Part shown: one piece after another, positions 37,124 to 46,300 of the stretch
Position numbering within the stretch: the stretch's first letter is position 1
Layout: every line of letters starts with the position of its first letter
Source: Acidobacteriota bacterium
GTDB lineage: Bacteria; Acidobacteriota; Vicinamibacteria; Vicinamibacterales; SCN-69-37
Assembly (NCBI GenBank): GCA_947467605.1
Contig: CANIII010000022.1
Span: 3,044 to 67,043 of the forward strand
Length of the DNA: 64,000 nucleotides
Direction: 5' to 3'
Translations under genes and position numbers: made by a program
Notes under the pieces: generated by a model
Database searches by the model: none
Told to the model about the DNA's origin: nothing
Seen by the model: only the letters and a program-made list of their open reading frames with translations

Positions 37124-37706
37124 TGCGCTTTCCGCCTTTCCAGACCCGCGGAACACGTGCGGGCTTTTCTTCCTTGTCCTTCAACACATTGACATCGAGC
37201 AAACCGGCGATCGGCTCGATCTCAATCCTGCGACCGGCGACATCGAAGCGCCGGCAGATCCCGTCAACCATCGGCACCAAGATCTCGCCGGATGCGCCAG
37301 ACACGACCAACAACGCGGTCGCGCCCTCGTCAATCCGAATCACCGGGCCAACCTCCTGCCCGGTCACCGTCACCACCGTGCAGCCGATCAGCTCGTGGTA
37401 CCAAAACTGCCCAACTGCCAGCGTCGACAACGCCTCCTCGGGTACGCGCAGCTCGCAACCACGAAACGTTTCCGCATCGTTGATGCTGACCACACCGTCC
37501 AGCCCGATGATCGGTCGCCCGTCATGGAAGCGGCAGTCGGTGACGACGACCGTCGCCATCTGCCCTGCTCGTCGCGTCCAGAGCGTGTTTCCCGTTGCGA
37601 ACCGCGTTTCCGCGAAGTCCGTTTCGGACGCCACCTGCACCTGACCGCGATTGCCGTGCGGCTTGACGATGCGTCCCACGAGGACCATCGCGTCCCAGTC
37701 GGGCAC
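37113..37706 (-). CDS. rimM: 16S rRNA processing protein RimM
   Basis: [28 protein letters not shown]; position in rpsP-trmD operon. Confidence 0.92.
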   Translation of the reverse strand: MPDWDAMVLVGRIVKPHGNRGQVQVASETDFAETRFATGNTLWTRRAGQMATVVVTDCRFHDGRPIIGLDGVVSINDAETFRGCELRVPEEALSTLAVGQFWYHELIGCTVVTVTGQEVGPVIRIDEGATALLVVSGASGEILVPMVDGICRRFDVAGRRIEIEPIAGLLDVNVLKDKEEKPARVPRVWKGGKRIDR

Positions 37707-37710
37707 GCCG

Positions 37711-37953
37711 CTACTCGTCGAGGAAATCGACCGCGACGCGCAAGCCTTCGAGTTCACCCGCGGTCGAGGCCAACGTCCGAATTGCCGACGCGGTACGCCC
37801 CTGTCGTCCGATGACTCGTCCGAGTTCGCCCGGCGCCATCGTGAGTTCCACGACGGTTTGATTGCGCCGTTCGTACTCGGTTGCCTGTACGCCGTTCGGC
37901 TTCGCCGCCAACGCGCGGGCCACGACGTCTACGACGTCGCGGGCGCGGCTCAC
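37711..37953 (-). CDS. khpA: KH-domain RNA-binding protein
   Basis: LGRVIGRQGRTASAIRTL; between rpsP and rimM; GTG start. Confidence 0.88.
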   Translation of the reverse strand: MSRARDVVDVVARALAAKPNGVQATEYERRNQTVVELTMAPGELGRVIGRQGRTASAIRTLASTAGELEGLRVAVDFLDE

Positions 37954-38234
37954 TGGGCCGCCTGTTCGACAGCCGCCACGTCGGCCGCCTTGAGCATCGC
38001 CGACGGATTGCGCTTGATCAGCGTCCGCACGGTGTCCGATGGCTGCGCGCCCTTGCTCAGCCAATACGTCACGCGGTCGCCGTCGAGCACGAGCGTTTCA
38101 GGCGTAGTGCACGCGTTGTAGTGGCCGACAATTTCAACAAAACGGCCGTCGCGCTTCGACGAGTGCTCCGTGACGACGACACGTGAAAACGGGCGCTTCT
38201 TGGATCCGGCCCGACGCATACGAATAACCAGCAT
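37950..38234 (-). CDS. rpsP: 30S ribosomal protein S16
   Basis: IRMRRAGSKKRP, RDGRFVE, WLSKGAQPSDTV. Confidence 0.96.
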   Translation of the reverse strand: MLVIRMRRAGSKKRPFSRVVVTEHSSKRDGRFVEIVGHYNACTTPETLVLDGDRVTYWLSKGAQPSDTVRTLIKRNPSAMLKAADVAAVEQAAQ

Positions 38235-38237
38235 TGC

Positions 38238-39590
38238 CTATCTCCCTCTCAACATTTGCATGAGCTTTTGACGTCCGCCCCGTCCTGACGTCATCGCACC
38301 CATGGTCTTCAGCATCTTTCTCATCTCCACGAACTGTTTGAGGACGCGATTGACGTCCTCCACCTTCGTGCCGCTGCCGCGCGCGATGCGCTTACGCCGG
38401 CTGCCGTTCAGCACTGCATGATTCCGGCGTTCGCCGGGCGTCATGGAGTTGATGATCGCTTCGACCCGATCTAACTGCTTCGGGTCCATATTCGCGCGCT
38501 GTTCGTTCAACTGCTTCAGCCCGCCCATGCCTGGAATCATCCCGAGTACCTGCTCGAGCGGTCCCATCTTCTTGATCGTGCGAAGCTGGTCTCGGAAATC
38601 CTCCAACGAAAAATCGTTGAAGTCTTTCTTCTCCGCCATCTTCGCGCGGCTCTCGTCGTCCATCGCCGCTTCGGCGCGTTCGATCAACGAGAGCACGTCG
38701 CCCATGCCCAGCACACGCGACACGAGCCGCTCGGCCTGGAACGGCTCCAAATCTTCCGGGCGCTCACCCGAGCCGACAAACGCGATCGGCACGCCGACAA
38801 CACCCACCACCGACAACGCCGCACCGCCGCGCGCATCACCGTCCGTCTTGGTCAGAACGACACCGGTCACGGTCATCTGCCGGTGAAACTCGCCGGCACT
38901 CTTCACCGCGTCCTGACCCGTCATCGCATCCGCGACGTACAGCAGATCGGTTGGATCCACCGCGGATCGAATCGCGGCCAGCTCCTGCATCAGCTCGTCG
39001 TCGATGTGCAGGCGGCCTGCCGTATCGACGATGAGCGTGTCGAAGCCCGAATTCTTCGCCAGCGCCAGGGCGCCCGCGGCGCGTGTCACTGGATCCATCT
39101 CGCCCGCCGGCTCATGCACGCGAACACTCAACTGCCGCGCCAGCACCGAGAGTTGCTCAATGGCTGCCGGGCGGCGCACGTCAGTGGAGACCACCAACGG
39201 GTGCTTGCCCTGCTTGGTCAGCCACCGCGCCAACTTCGCCGTCGTGGTTGTCTTGCCAGACCCCTGTAGGCCCAGCATGAGAATCACGCGCGGCGTTCGC
39301 GACGCAGGTGTGAGCCCACCGGCGGCCGTCCCAAACATCGCCAGCATCTCGTCGCGCACGATGCGCACGACCTGCTGGCCCGGGGTCAGACTCCGGAGCA
39401 CTTCTTGATCGATCGCCTTCTCACGAACGCGATCGACAAACGCCTTTACTACCCGGAAATTGACGTCCGCTTCGAGGAGCGCGAGACGAATCTCACGCAA
39501 TGCCGCATCCACGGTCGCTTCGGTGAGGCGAGTCTCGCCACGAAGCGACTTGAATACTCCCTGAAGGCGATTACTTAACGAGTCAAACAT
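38238..39590 (-). CDS. ffh: Signal recognition particle protein
   Basis: ALLEADV, GLQGSGKTTT, DTAGRLH, DGDARGGAALS, Met-rich M domain. Confidence 0.97.
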   Translation of the reverse strand: MFDSLSNRLQGVFKSLRGETRLTEATVDAALREIRLALLEADVNFRVVKAFVDRVREKAIDQEVLRSLTPGQQVVRIVRDEMLAMFGTAAGGLTPASRTPRVILMLGLQGSGKTTTTAKLARWLTKQGKHPLVVSTDVRRPAAIEQLSVLARQLSVRVHEPAGEMDPVTRAAGALALAKNSGFDTLIVDTAGRLHIDDELMQELAAIRSAVDPTDLLYVADAMTGQDAVKSAGEFHRQMTVTGVVLTKTDGDARGGAALSVVGVVGVPIAFVGSGERPEDLEPFQAERLVSRVLGMGDVLSLIERAEAAMDDESRAKMAEKKDFNDFSLEDFRDQLRTIKKMGPLEQVLGMIPGMGGLKQLNEQRANMDPKQLDRVEAIINSMTPGERRNHAVLNGSRRKRIARGSGTKVEDVNRVLKQFVEMRKMLKTMGAMTSGRGGRQKLMQMLRGR

Positions 39591-39644
39591 TCTCTAGACT
39601 GCGTAAGCGTACTGCGACGATAACCGGTTCAAGCGCAAACACTT

Positions 39645-39674
39645 ACGATAGCAGAACGGCGCGCATCCGGGCAA
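39645..39674 (-). promoter_or_regulatory. Sigma70-type promoter for ffh operon
   Basis: TTGCCC-18 bp-TATCGT with extended TG. Confidence 0.5.
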
Positions 39675-39688
39675 CCAAAAGGCGGGGG

Positions 39689-40936
39689 TCAGACCGACTT
39701 CAGCTTGTGGCCGAGCTTGTCTTTTTTGGTTTTCATGTAGCGGCGGGTGAACTCGCTCTTGGGCGCGATCTCAAGCGGTACAGACTCGCTCACCGAGAGG
39801 CCATATCCCTCCAACCCAATGAATTTACGTGGGTTATTGGTCAACAGGCGCATCGACTTCACGCCGAGATCCCGCAGAATCTGAGCGCCGATGCCATAGT
39901 CGCGCTGGTCGGGTTTGAAGCCGAGACGCACGTTGGCCTCGACCGTGTCGAGGCCCTGATCCTGGAGCTCGTACGCCCGAATCTTGTTCGCCAGGCCGAT
40001 GCCGCGCCCCTCCTGATGGAGGTAGACCAGCACGCCACGCCCCTCGGCTGCGATCCGTTTCATCGCCGCGTCGAGCTGCAGACCACAGTCGCACCGGCAG
40101 GAATGGAAGACGTCCCCGGTCAGACACTTGGAATGCACGCGCACCAACAGGCCGCGACCATCCCCGATCTCCCCCCGCACCAGCGCGATATGCGTTTCGC
40201 CGTCGAGACCGTTTTCGTAGGCGTTAATCTCAAATGGACCATGTTCGGTCGGCAAGGCGGCCCGTGCCACGCGGCGCACCATCTTCTCCGTCTTGATCCG
40301 ATAGCGGATCAGATCCGCAATCGTGATCATCAACAGGCCGTGCTTCTTCGCGAACTTCGCGAGCTCCGGCACACGCGACATCGTGCCGTCGGTGTTCATG
40401 ATTTCGCAGATGACGCCCGCCGGAGCGAGGCCGGCAATCCGTGACAGATCAACCGCCGCTTCGGTATGACCCGCTCGCACCAGCACGCCGCCGCTTCGGG
40501 CACGCAGCGGAAATACATGACCGGGCCGCGCCAGATCACCGGCCCGCGTCGTCGCACCAATCGCGACCTTCACGGTCTTGGCGCGATCGGCCGCAGAAAT
40601 GCCCGTCGTGGTGCCGACGCGCGCATCAATCGAGACGGCAAACGCCGTGTCGCGTCGCGTCGAATGCGCGGCCTGCTCCTGGGGAATCTCCAGCTCATCG
40701 AGCCGCTCTGGTGTCATCGCCAGACACACGAGCCCTCGACCATGCGTGGCCATGAAGTTGATCGCGTCGGCCGTCACCTTCGACGCCGCCATCGTCAGGT
40801 CGCCCTCGTTCTCGCGATCCTCATCGTCCACCACGATCAACATCTTGCCCGCGCGGTAGGCCGCAAGCCCGTCTTCAATCGTGGCGAACGGCGACTTGCG
40901 GCGGGTACCCTTGGCGAGTTTCAAACGAGCGGCCAT
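39689..40936 (-). CDS. ribBA: Bifunctional DHBP synthase/GTP cyclohydrolase II
   Basis: VDDEDRENEGD, RPGHVFPL, GHTEAAVDL, RVHSKCLTGD, RCDCG, QEGRGIGL. Confidence 0.95.
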   Translation of the reverse strand: MAARLKLAKGTRRKSPFATIEDGLAAYRAGKMLIVVDDEDRENEGDLTMAASKVTADAINFMATHGRGLVCLAMTPERLDELEIPQEQAAHSTRRDTAFAVSIDARVGTTTGISAADRAKTVKVAIGATTRAGDLARPGHVFPLRARSGGVLVRAGHTEAAVDLSRIAGLAPAGVICEIMNTDGTMSRVPELAKFAKKHGLLMITIADLIRYRIKTEKMVRRVARAALPTEHGPFEINAYENGLDGETHIALVRGEIGDGRGLLVRVHSKCLTGDVFHSCRCDCGLQLDAAMKRIAAEGRGVLVYLHQEGRGIGLANKIRAYELQDQGLDTVEANVRLGFKPDQRDYGIGAQILRDLGVKSMRLLTNNPRKFIGLEGYGLSVSESVPLEIAPKSEFTRRYMKTKKDKLGHKLKSV

Positions 40937-40943
40937 AAGACGA

Positions 40944-41591
40944 TCAGGACCTGACCGGGCCCACGGGCCCGCGAGAGAGTTCGGCAAGACGCGCCGCGTA
41001 CTTTCCAATGATATCGGCTTCGAGGTTCACACGGTCACCGACGCGTCGATCGGCCAGCGTCGTGTGTGCCCGCGTGTGCGGAATGATTTGAATGCCAAGC
41101 ACGTCTGCTGCGCTGGAGTCGCCCGCCTCGCCGAAGCCTTGGCGAATTCGGGCGATTGTGAGACTGATGCCGTCGACCGCGATTGACCCCTTCTCCACCA
41201 CCCAGGTCGCCAGCATCTCGGGCAGTTCGATCTCGAGCCACCAGCTCTCGCCTTGGGCGACCCACTGCGTGACCGTCGTGGTTGCGTCGACGTGTCCGAG
41301 GACGAAATGACCGCCGAGTCGCGCGTCTGCGCGCAGTGATCGCTCGAGGTTGACGCGGTGCCCGGCGGCGAGCGAACCGAGCGTCGTCACACGCAGCGTC
41401 TCGGGCGACACGTCGGCTTCGAAGCCCGTGGCGTCAATCGACACGACTGTCAGGCACACGCCGCTCACCGCGATGCTCTCGCCGAGTTGCAGCTCACGCG
41501 ACATCGACGCCGCAATGCGCACGCGCTGACCTGCCGGCGATGGCTCGGCGCCTTCAACGGTCCCGATCGACTCAATCAGCCCGGTGAACAT
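40944..41591 (-). CDS. ribE: Riboflavin synthase (alpha chain)
   Basis: MFTGLIE, SIAVSGVCLT, VNLERSL, GGHFVLGHVD, KGSIAVDGISLT, VNLEADIIGKY. Confidence 0.95.
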   Translation of the reverse strand: MFTGLIESIGTVEGAEPSPAGQRVRIAASMSRELQLGESIAVSGVCLTVVSIDATGFEADVSPETLRVTTLGSLAAGHRVNLERSLRADARLGGHFVLGHVDATTTVTQWVAQGESWWLEIELPEMLATWVVEKGSIAVDGISLTIARIRQGFGEAGDSSAADVLGIQIIPHTRAHTTLADRRVGDRVNLEADIIGKYAARLAELSRGPVGPVRS

Positions 41592-42645
41592 CCCACTCCT
41601 TCAGCACATCCGCTCCATGTCGACGCGTGGTCACCGCGGCCTGCCCGCATGACGGCAGAAAACCTGCGACGCCCGATCCGAGCATCGTCGGCGTCTCAAT
41701 GATCTGGACGCGGTCCACGACGCCAGCGTCCCAGAACGCGCGTTGGAGTGTTGGCCCACCTTCGACGAGCAATGCCAACACCTCGCGTGATGCCAATTCG
41801 TGCAGCGCAGCCGCAATGCTGGCTTCCGGCGCAATGCCCACCACGAGCGCACCGACGGCACGCAACCTGTCGGCGGCCGACGATGCCACACGGTCGGCGT
41901 CCACGACCAGTATGACGGGCCCCGCTGCCAGTGTCCCGAAGAGCCGGGCGGTTGGCGTCACCCGAGCCCGTCGATCGAAGACCACGCGCGTCAGCGGTCG
42001 CTGCCGATACGCGAGACGCGCCGTCAGCATCGGGTTGTCTGCCAACACCGTAGACGACCCAACCGCCATCGCATCCACCGCAGCGCGCTGCTGGTGCATT
42101 CGGCGATCCATCGCCAGACCTGTGAGCGTCGCGCGGCCGCGCTCAACGCCGACGAATCCATCGGCCGACACCGCCACTTTCATAGTCACGTGCGGACGCT
42201 GCCGGGTCATCCACGTCACAAAGGGCGCGTTCTGTCGCGCCGCCTCGACACGCTCAACACCCGTCACCACCTCGACGCCGCGCGCACGCAGGTACGCGAA
42301 ACCGCCGCCGGCGACTCGCGGATTCGGATCTTCGAGCGCAACGACGACGCGAGCGATGCCGGCCGCGGCGACACGTTCAGCGCAGGGCCCTGTCCGCCCG
42401 GTATGCGAACACGGCTCGAGCGTGCAGTACAACGTCGCGCCTCTGGCTGCGGCGCCAGCTGCGTCGAGGGCATAGACCTCGGCGTGCGGTCCACCGGCGA
42501 CACGATGCGCTCCCTGCCCCACAACAATGCCGTCAGTGTTCACCACGACGGCGCCCACAACGGGATTGGGCGCGGTGGTACCCCGCCCGCGCTCCGCGAG
42601 GAAGAGCGCACGCGCCATGAATTCACAATCGGTGGGTGTTACCAC
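41572..42645 (-). CDS. ribD: Riboflavin biosynthesis deaminase/reductase
   Basis: PNPVVGAV, HAE, TLEPCSHTGRTGPC, EGGPTL. Confidence 0.95.
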   Translation of the reverse strand: MVTPTDCEFMARALFLAERGRGTTAPNPVVGAVVVNTDGIVVGQGAHRVAGGPHAEVYALDAAGAAARGATLYCTLEPCSHTGRTGPCAERVAAAGIARVVVALEDPNPRVAGGGFAYLRARGVEVVTGVERVEAARQNAPFVTWMTRQRPHVTMKVAVSADGFVGVERGRATLTGLAMDRRMHQQRAAVDAMAVGSSTVLADNPMLTARLAYRQRPLTRVVFDRRARVTPTARLFGTLAAGPVILVVDADRVASSAADRLRAVGALVVGIAPEASIAAALHELASREVLALLVEGGPTLQRAFWDAGVVDRVQIIETPTMLGSGVAGFLPSCGQAAVTTRRHGADVLKEWDVHRAD

Positions 42646-43565
42646 TGGTCCGTGAACAGCGCCTTGACGTAGTCGTCGGCATCGAAGGGCACGAGGTCAT
42701 CGATCGCTTCGCCGACGCCGATGAATCGGATCGGCAGTTTCAATTCGTGTGCAATCGCCACGGCCACGCCGCCCTTGGCCGTACCGTCGAGCTTGGTGAG
42801 GATCAAACCATTCACGCCACCGACGCTCATGAATTCGCGCGCCTGCACGAGGCCGTTCTGGCCCACCGTCGCGTCGAGCACGAGCAACACCTCATGGGGC
42901 GCCCCGGGAATTTCGCGTGAAACCACGCGGCGAATCTTGTCGAGCTCGGCCATCAGATTGGCGCGCGTGTGCAAACGACCAGCGGTATCAATGAGCAAGA
43001 TGTCACGCTGCCGCGCCTTCGCGGCCACTGCAGCATCGTGCACGACCGACGCCGGATCCGCCCCATGCTGCGCGCGAATCACATCGACGTCCGCGCGTTC
43101 GGCCCACACCGCCAGTTGCTCGACAGCGGCCGCACGAAACGTGTCGGCGGCACAAATCAGGACCGAGTGGCCCTGTTGTTTGAACAGATTCGCGAGCTTG
43201 CCCACGCTCGTGGTCTTGCCCGTCCCGTTGACTCCCACGATGAGGACAACACGCGGACGTGTGCCGTTGTCGAGGGGCGGAGGCGCTCCGGCAAATACGC
43301 GGCGGATCTCATCGCCGACCCGATCGCGCAAGGCGCCCGTGCCTCCTGCCGTTTTCACCGCCAGCAGAATGCGCTCGGTCGCCGGTAAGCCGACGTCCGC
43401 ACCAACGAGCGCGTCTTCAATTTCCGAGAGTGATGTGGCGGTCCTCGCGCCACCGGCGTCCGGCGTCGACTCTGCCGCACGATCGCCACGATCAGTCAGC
43501 CGATCACGAATCTGCGCGGCGGTCTTCGCGAGCCCCGCTCTTACACGCGAAAAGAACGATGACAC
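42639..43565 (-). CDS. ftsY: SRP receptor FtsY
   Basis: GVNGTGKTT, ADTFRAAA, DTAGRLH, TKLDGTAKGG. Confidence 0.96.
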   Translation of the reverse strand: MSSFFSRVRAGLAKTAAQIRDRLTDRGDRAAESTPDAGGARTATSLSEIEDALVGADVGLPATERILLAVKTAGGTGALRDRVGDEIRRVFAGAPPPLDNGTRPRVVLIVGVNGTGKTTSVGKLANLFKQQGHSVLICAADTFRAAAVEQLAVWAERADVDVIRAQHGADPASVVHDAAVAAKARQRDILLIDTAGRLHTRANLMAELDKIRRVVSREIPGAPHEVLLVLDATVGQNGLVQAREFMSVGGVNGLILTKLDGTAKGGVAVAIAHELKLPIRFIGVGEAIDDLVPFDADDYVKALFTDQW

Positions 43566-44578
43566 TAGTGCTCGCTTTTCTGCGGACGTCCCATCAGGTC
43601 GGCCACTGCTTCACGTGGCCGGCGATGACCGTCCAGCACTTCCTGCATCTTGGCGACGATCGGCAGCTCGATGCCGTGCGCATGCGCCAACGCCAACGCC
43701 ACCGATGTGGTGCGCACGCCCTCAGCCACCATCTTCATGCCGGCCAGGATCTCTGTCAGCGAGCGGCCGCGTCCCAACTCCATCCCAACATGACGGTTGC
43801 GACTCAGCCCACCGGTGCATGTGAGCACAAGGTCTCCCATTCCACTCAGCCCACTCAACGTCTCTCGGCGCCCACCCATGGCAAACGCGAGTCGCGAGAT
43901 TTCTGACAGCCCGCGGGTAATCAGCGCCGACGTCGCGTTGTGGCCCAGCCCCATTGACTGCACCATCCCCGCGGCAATCGCGATCACGTTCTTGAGCGCG
44001 GCGCCAATCTCCACACCGACGACGTCGTCTGATCCATACAAGCGAAACGCCTTGCCACGGAATTCATCCTGCACGCGGCGTACGGCCGATGCGTCGTGCG
44101 ACGCTGCGACCAACGCAGTCGGTAATTCGCGCGCAACTTCGGCCGCAAAGCTCGGGCCCGACAACACGACGACGGGATGCAGGCCGCGCGTTTCGTCCGT
44201 CATCACCTGCGACATGCTCGCGAGCGAATCCGCCTCAAGCCCTTTCGTCGCACTCACCAGCACCGCACCGTCAGGCAAGTGCGGCACCGCCAGGCGCAGC
44301 AGCGCGCGCATGCCGTGCGACGGCACCGCGATCACGACATAGCGAACATCGCGCAAGGCCGTGGGCAAATCCGAAGAGACCGTGAGTAGCTCGGGGAATG
44401 CCACGTCAGGCAAGTACGTAGGATTGGCGCGTCGTGCGGACATCTCAGCGACCAGCGCCGCATCGCGTCCCCACAACACGACGTCATGTCCCACACCGCT
44501 CAGATGAATCGCGAGCGCGGTGCCCCAACTTCCGGCTCCGAGAACCGCCGCTCGGGCGTCGTCACGCATGCTGTCCAT
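43565..44578 (-). CDS. gpsA: NAD(P)H-dependent glycerol-3-phosphate dehydrogenase
   Basis: GAGSWGTALA, LSGPSFA, KNVIAIA, GDLVLTC, SRN. Confidence 0.95.
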   Translation of the reverse strand: MDSMRDDARAAVLGAGSWGTALAIHLSGVGHDVVLWGRDAALVAEMSARRANPTYLPDVAFPELLTVSSDLPTALRDVRYVVIAVPSHGMRALLRLAVPHLPDGAVLVSATKGLEADSLASMSQVMTDETRGLHPVVVLSGPSFAAEVARELPTALVAASHDASAVRRVQDEFRGKAFRLYGSDDVVGVEIGAALKNVIAIAAGMVQSMGLGHNATSALITRGLSEISRLAFAMGGRRETLSGLSGMGDLVLTCTGGLSRNRHVGMELGRGRSLTEILAGMKMVAEGVRTTSVALALAHAHGIELPIVAKMQEVLDGHRRPREAVADLMGRPQKSEH

Positions 44579-44579
44579 T

Positions 44580-45839
44580 CTATCGGACGGCGCGCCGAAC
44601 CAGGTCGAGCGCCACCATCACGGACCACGCGCGAATCAGCTGGCGATCGCCCGGGACAACGCGGCGGTCCGTGACCAGCGCGTCGCCCGGCCCGGCGACG
44701 GCGAAACACACCGTTCCCACCGGCTTCTCATCGCTGCCGCCGTCGGGGCCAGCGATGCCCGTCACGGCAAGGCCCACATCGGCGCGCAGACGCTCGCGAA
44801 CGCCGGTGGCCATCTCGGCAGCGGCCTGCTCGCTGACGGCGCCGTATGTCTGCAGCGTTGTGGCCGCGACACCCAACTGCTCGTGCTTGACGGCATTCGC
44901 GTACGAGACGACGCCGCCGAGCACATACGCGGAACTACCGGGGACTTCCGTCAGGCGCGCGGCGATCAATCCGCCCGTGCACGACTCCGCGAGGGCAATG
45001 GTCAGCCCCCGTGCACGGAGCGCCTCGCCCACGACCACTTCCATCGCGCGACCATCCGTGCTGAAGACGCTGTCACCGAGCGCTGCGGTCAGTCGGCCCA
45101 CCACGTCGTCGAGCTGGGCGTCCATGGCCGGTATATCAACGCCGCGAGCTGAAACGTGGAGTTCCACCTGCCCCGGAGAAGCCAGGATCGTGGTCGCGAC
45201 GGGGACGACGCCATCGACGAAAGCCGAATAGATCGGCGCAGCCACCTGATCCACTTTTGATTCGGGCTGGCCCGCAATCTTGATCACGCGGCGGCGCAAT
45301 CGGCGCCCCTCGGTTCGCGCCGATAGCGCATCAACTACCGACGCGACGAACATCGGCTCGAGCTCTCGCGGAGGCCCAGGAAACAACACGATGATCTGTT
45401 CGCCACGCGCGATCAGCAGGCCGGGCGCTGAGCCACGTGGGTTGGGCAAAACGGTCGCGCCCCTTGGCACCATCGCCTGTCGTCGATTGATCTCCGGCAT
45501 CACGGCCTTGCGCCGCGCGAACCGTTCACGGAGTTGCTCGACGAGCGCGGGATCTTCCGTCATTGTCAGACCGAGCACGGATGACACGGCCTCACGCGTC
45601 AGATCATCGGCCGTGGGCCCGAGTCCTCCACTGGTGATTACGACATCGGCATGGTCCAGCGCGGCCGCAACCGCACGCTCAAGATCACGCACATCGTCAC
45701 CGACGATGGACTTGGATGTCACGTCGATGCCAATTTCATTAAGACGAGCGGTGAGGTAGAGCGAATTGGTGTCCGTGCGGTACGGCGTCAGCAGCTCCGT
45801 GCCAATGGCGATGATGTTCGCCGTCGTGATCTGTCGCAT
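44580..45839 (-). CDS. cinA: Competence/damage-inducible protein CinA (MoCF + PncC)
   Basis: IGTELL, DTNS, GGLGPTADDLTR, AESCTGG, TGIAGPDGG. Confidence 0.93.
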   Translation of the reverse strand: MRQITTANIIAIGTELLTPYRTDTNSLYLTARLNEIGIDVTSKSIVGDDVRDLERAVAAALDHADVVITSGGLGPTADDLTREAVSSVLGLTMTEDPALVEQLRERFARRKAVMPEINRRQAMVPRGATVLPNPRGSAPGLLIARGEQIIVLFPGPPRELEPMFVASVVDALSARTEGRRLRRRVIKIAGQPESKVDQVAAPIYSAFVDGVVPVATTILASPGQVELHVSARGVDIPAMDAQLDDVVGRLTAALGDSVFSTDGRAMEVVVGEALRARGLTIALAESCTGGLIAARLTEVPGSSAYVLGGVVSYANAVKHEQLGVAATTLQTYGAVSEQAAAEMATGVRERLRADVGLAVTGIAGPDGGSDEKPVGTVCFAVAGPGDALVTDRRVVPGDRQLIRAWSVMVALDLVRRAVR

Positions 45840-46300
45840 CAGGCAATTATGCCGGGTACCACGCGCATCAGCAGGTGCAAGAGGAGGCAGCCGTACACGC
45901 CAGCCATCACGTCATCCGCCATGATGCCGAGGCCACCATGCAGTTGCTCGAAGCGGTTGGCCGGATACGGCTTGATGATGTCGAGTACGCGAAAGATGAG
46001 GAAGCCCGCAATCGTGGCCGTCACACCCGCACCGGTGAGCGCCAGCGTCACGAGCTGACCGGCCACTTCATCAATCACGACCTGACCGGGGTCTTCTCTA
46101 CCGAAATGCGTGGCCGCTTGCGTCGCGGCCCAGGTGCCGACCAGGCAGACGACGACGATAATCGCGAACTGCGCTTCAGTGGACCAGTGACGCGTGAGCC
46201 AATAGATCAGGATGCCGGCCGCCGAGCCAAACGTGCCCGGCGCAATTGGTGCATGGCCCAGGCCGCCAACCGTGGCGAGCCAGATCGCAACACGGTTCAT
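45839..46300 (-). CDS. pgpA: Phosphatidylglycerophosphatase A
   Basis: APGTFGS, DPGQVVIDEVAG, FRVLDIIKP, GIMADD. Confidence 0.93.
   Translation of the reverse strand: MNRVAIWLATVGGLGHAPIAPGTFGSAAGILIYWLTRHWSTEAQFAIIVVVCLVGTWAATQAATHFGREDPGQVVIDEVAGQLVTLALTGAGVTATIAGFLIFRVLDIIKPYPANRFEQLHGGLGIMADDVMAGVYGCLLLHLLMRVVPGIIA

Noticed and set aside
42646-42720. FMN riboswitch upstream of the rib genes
   Set aside because: ribD overlaps the ftsY stop; there is no leader space or FMN consensus
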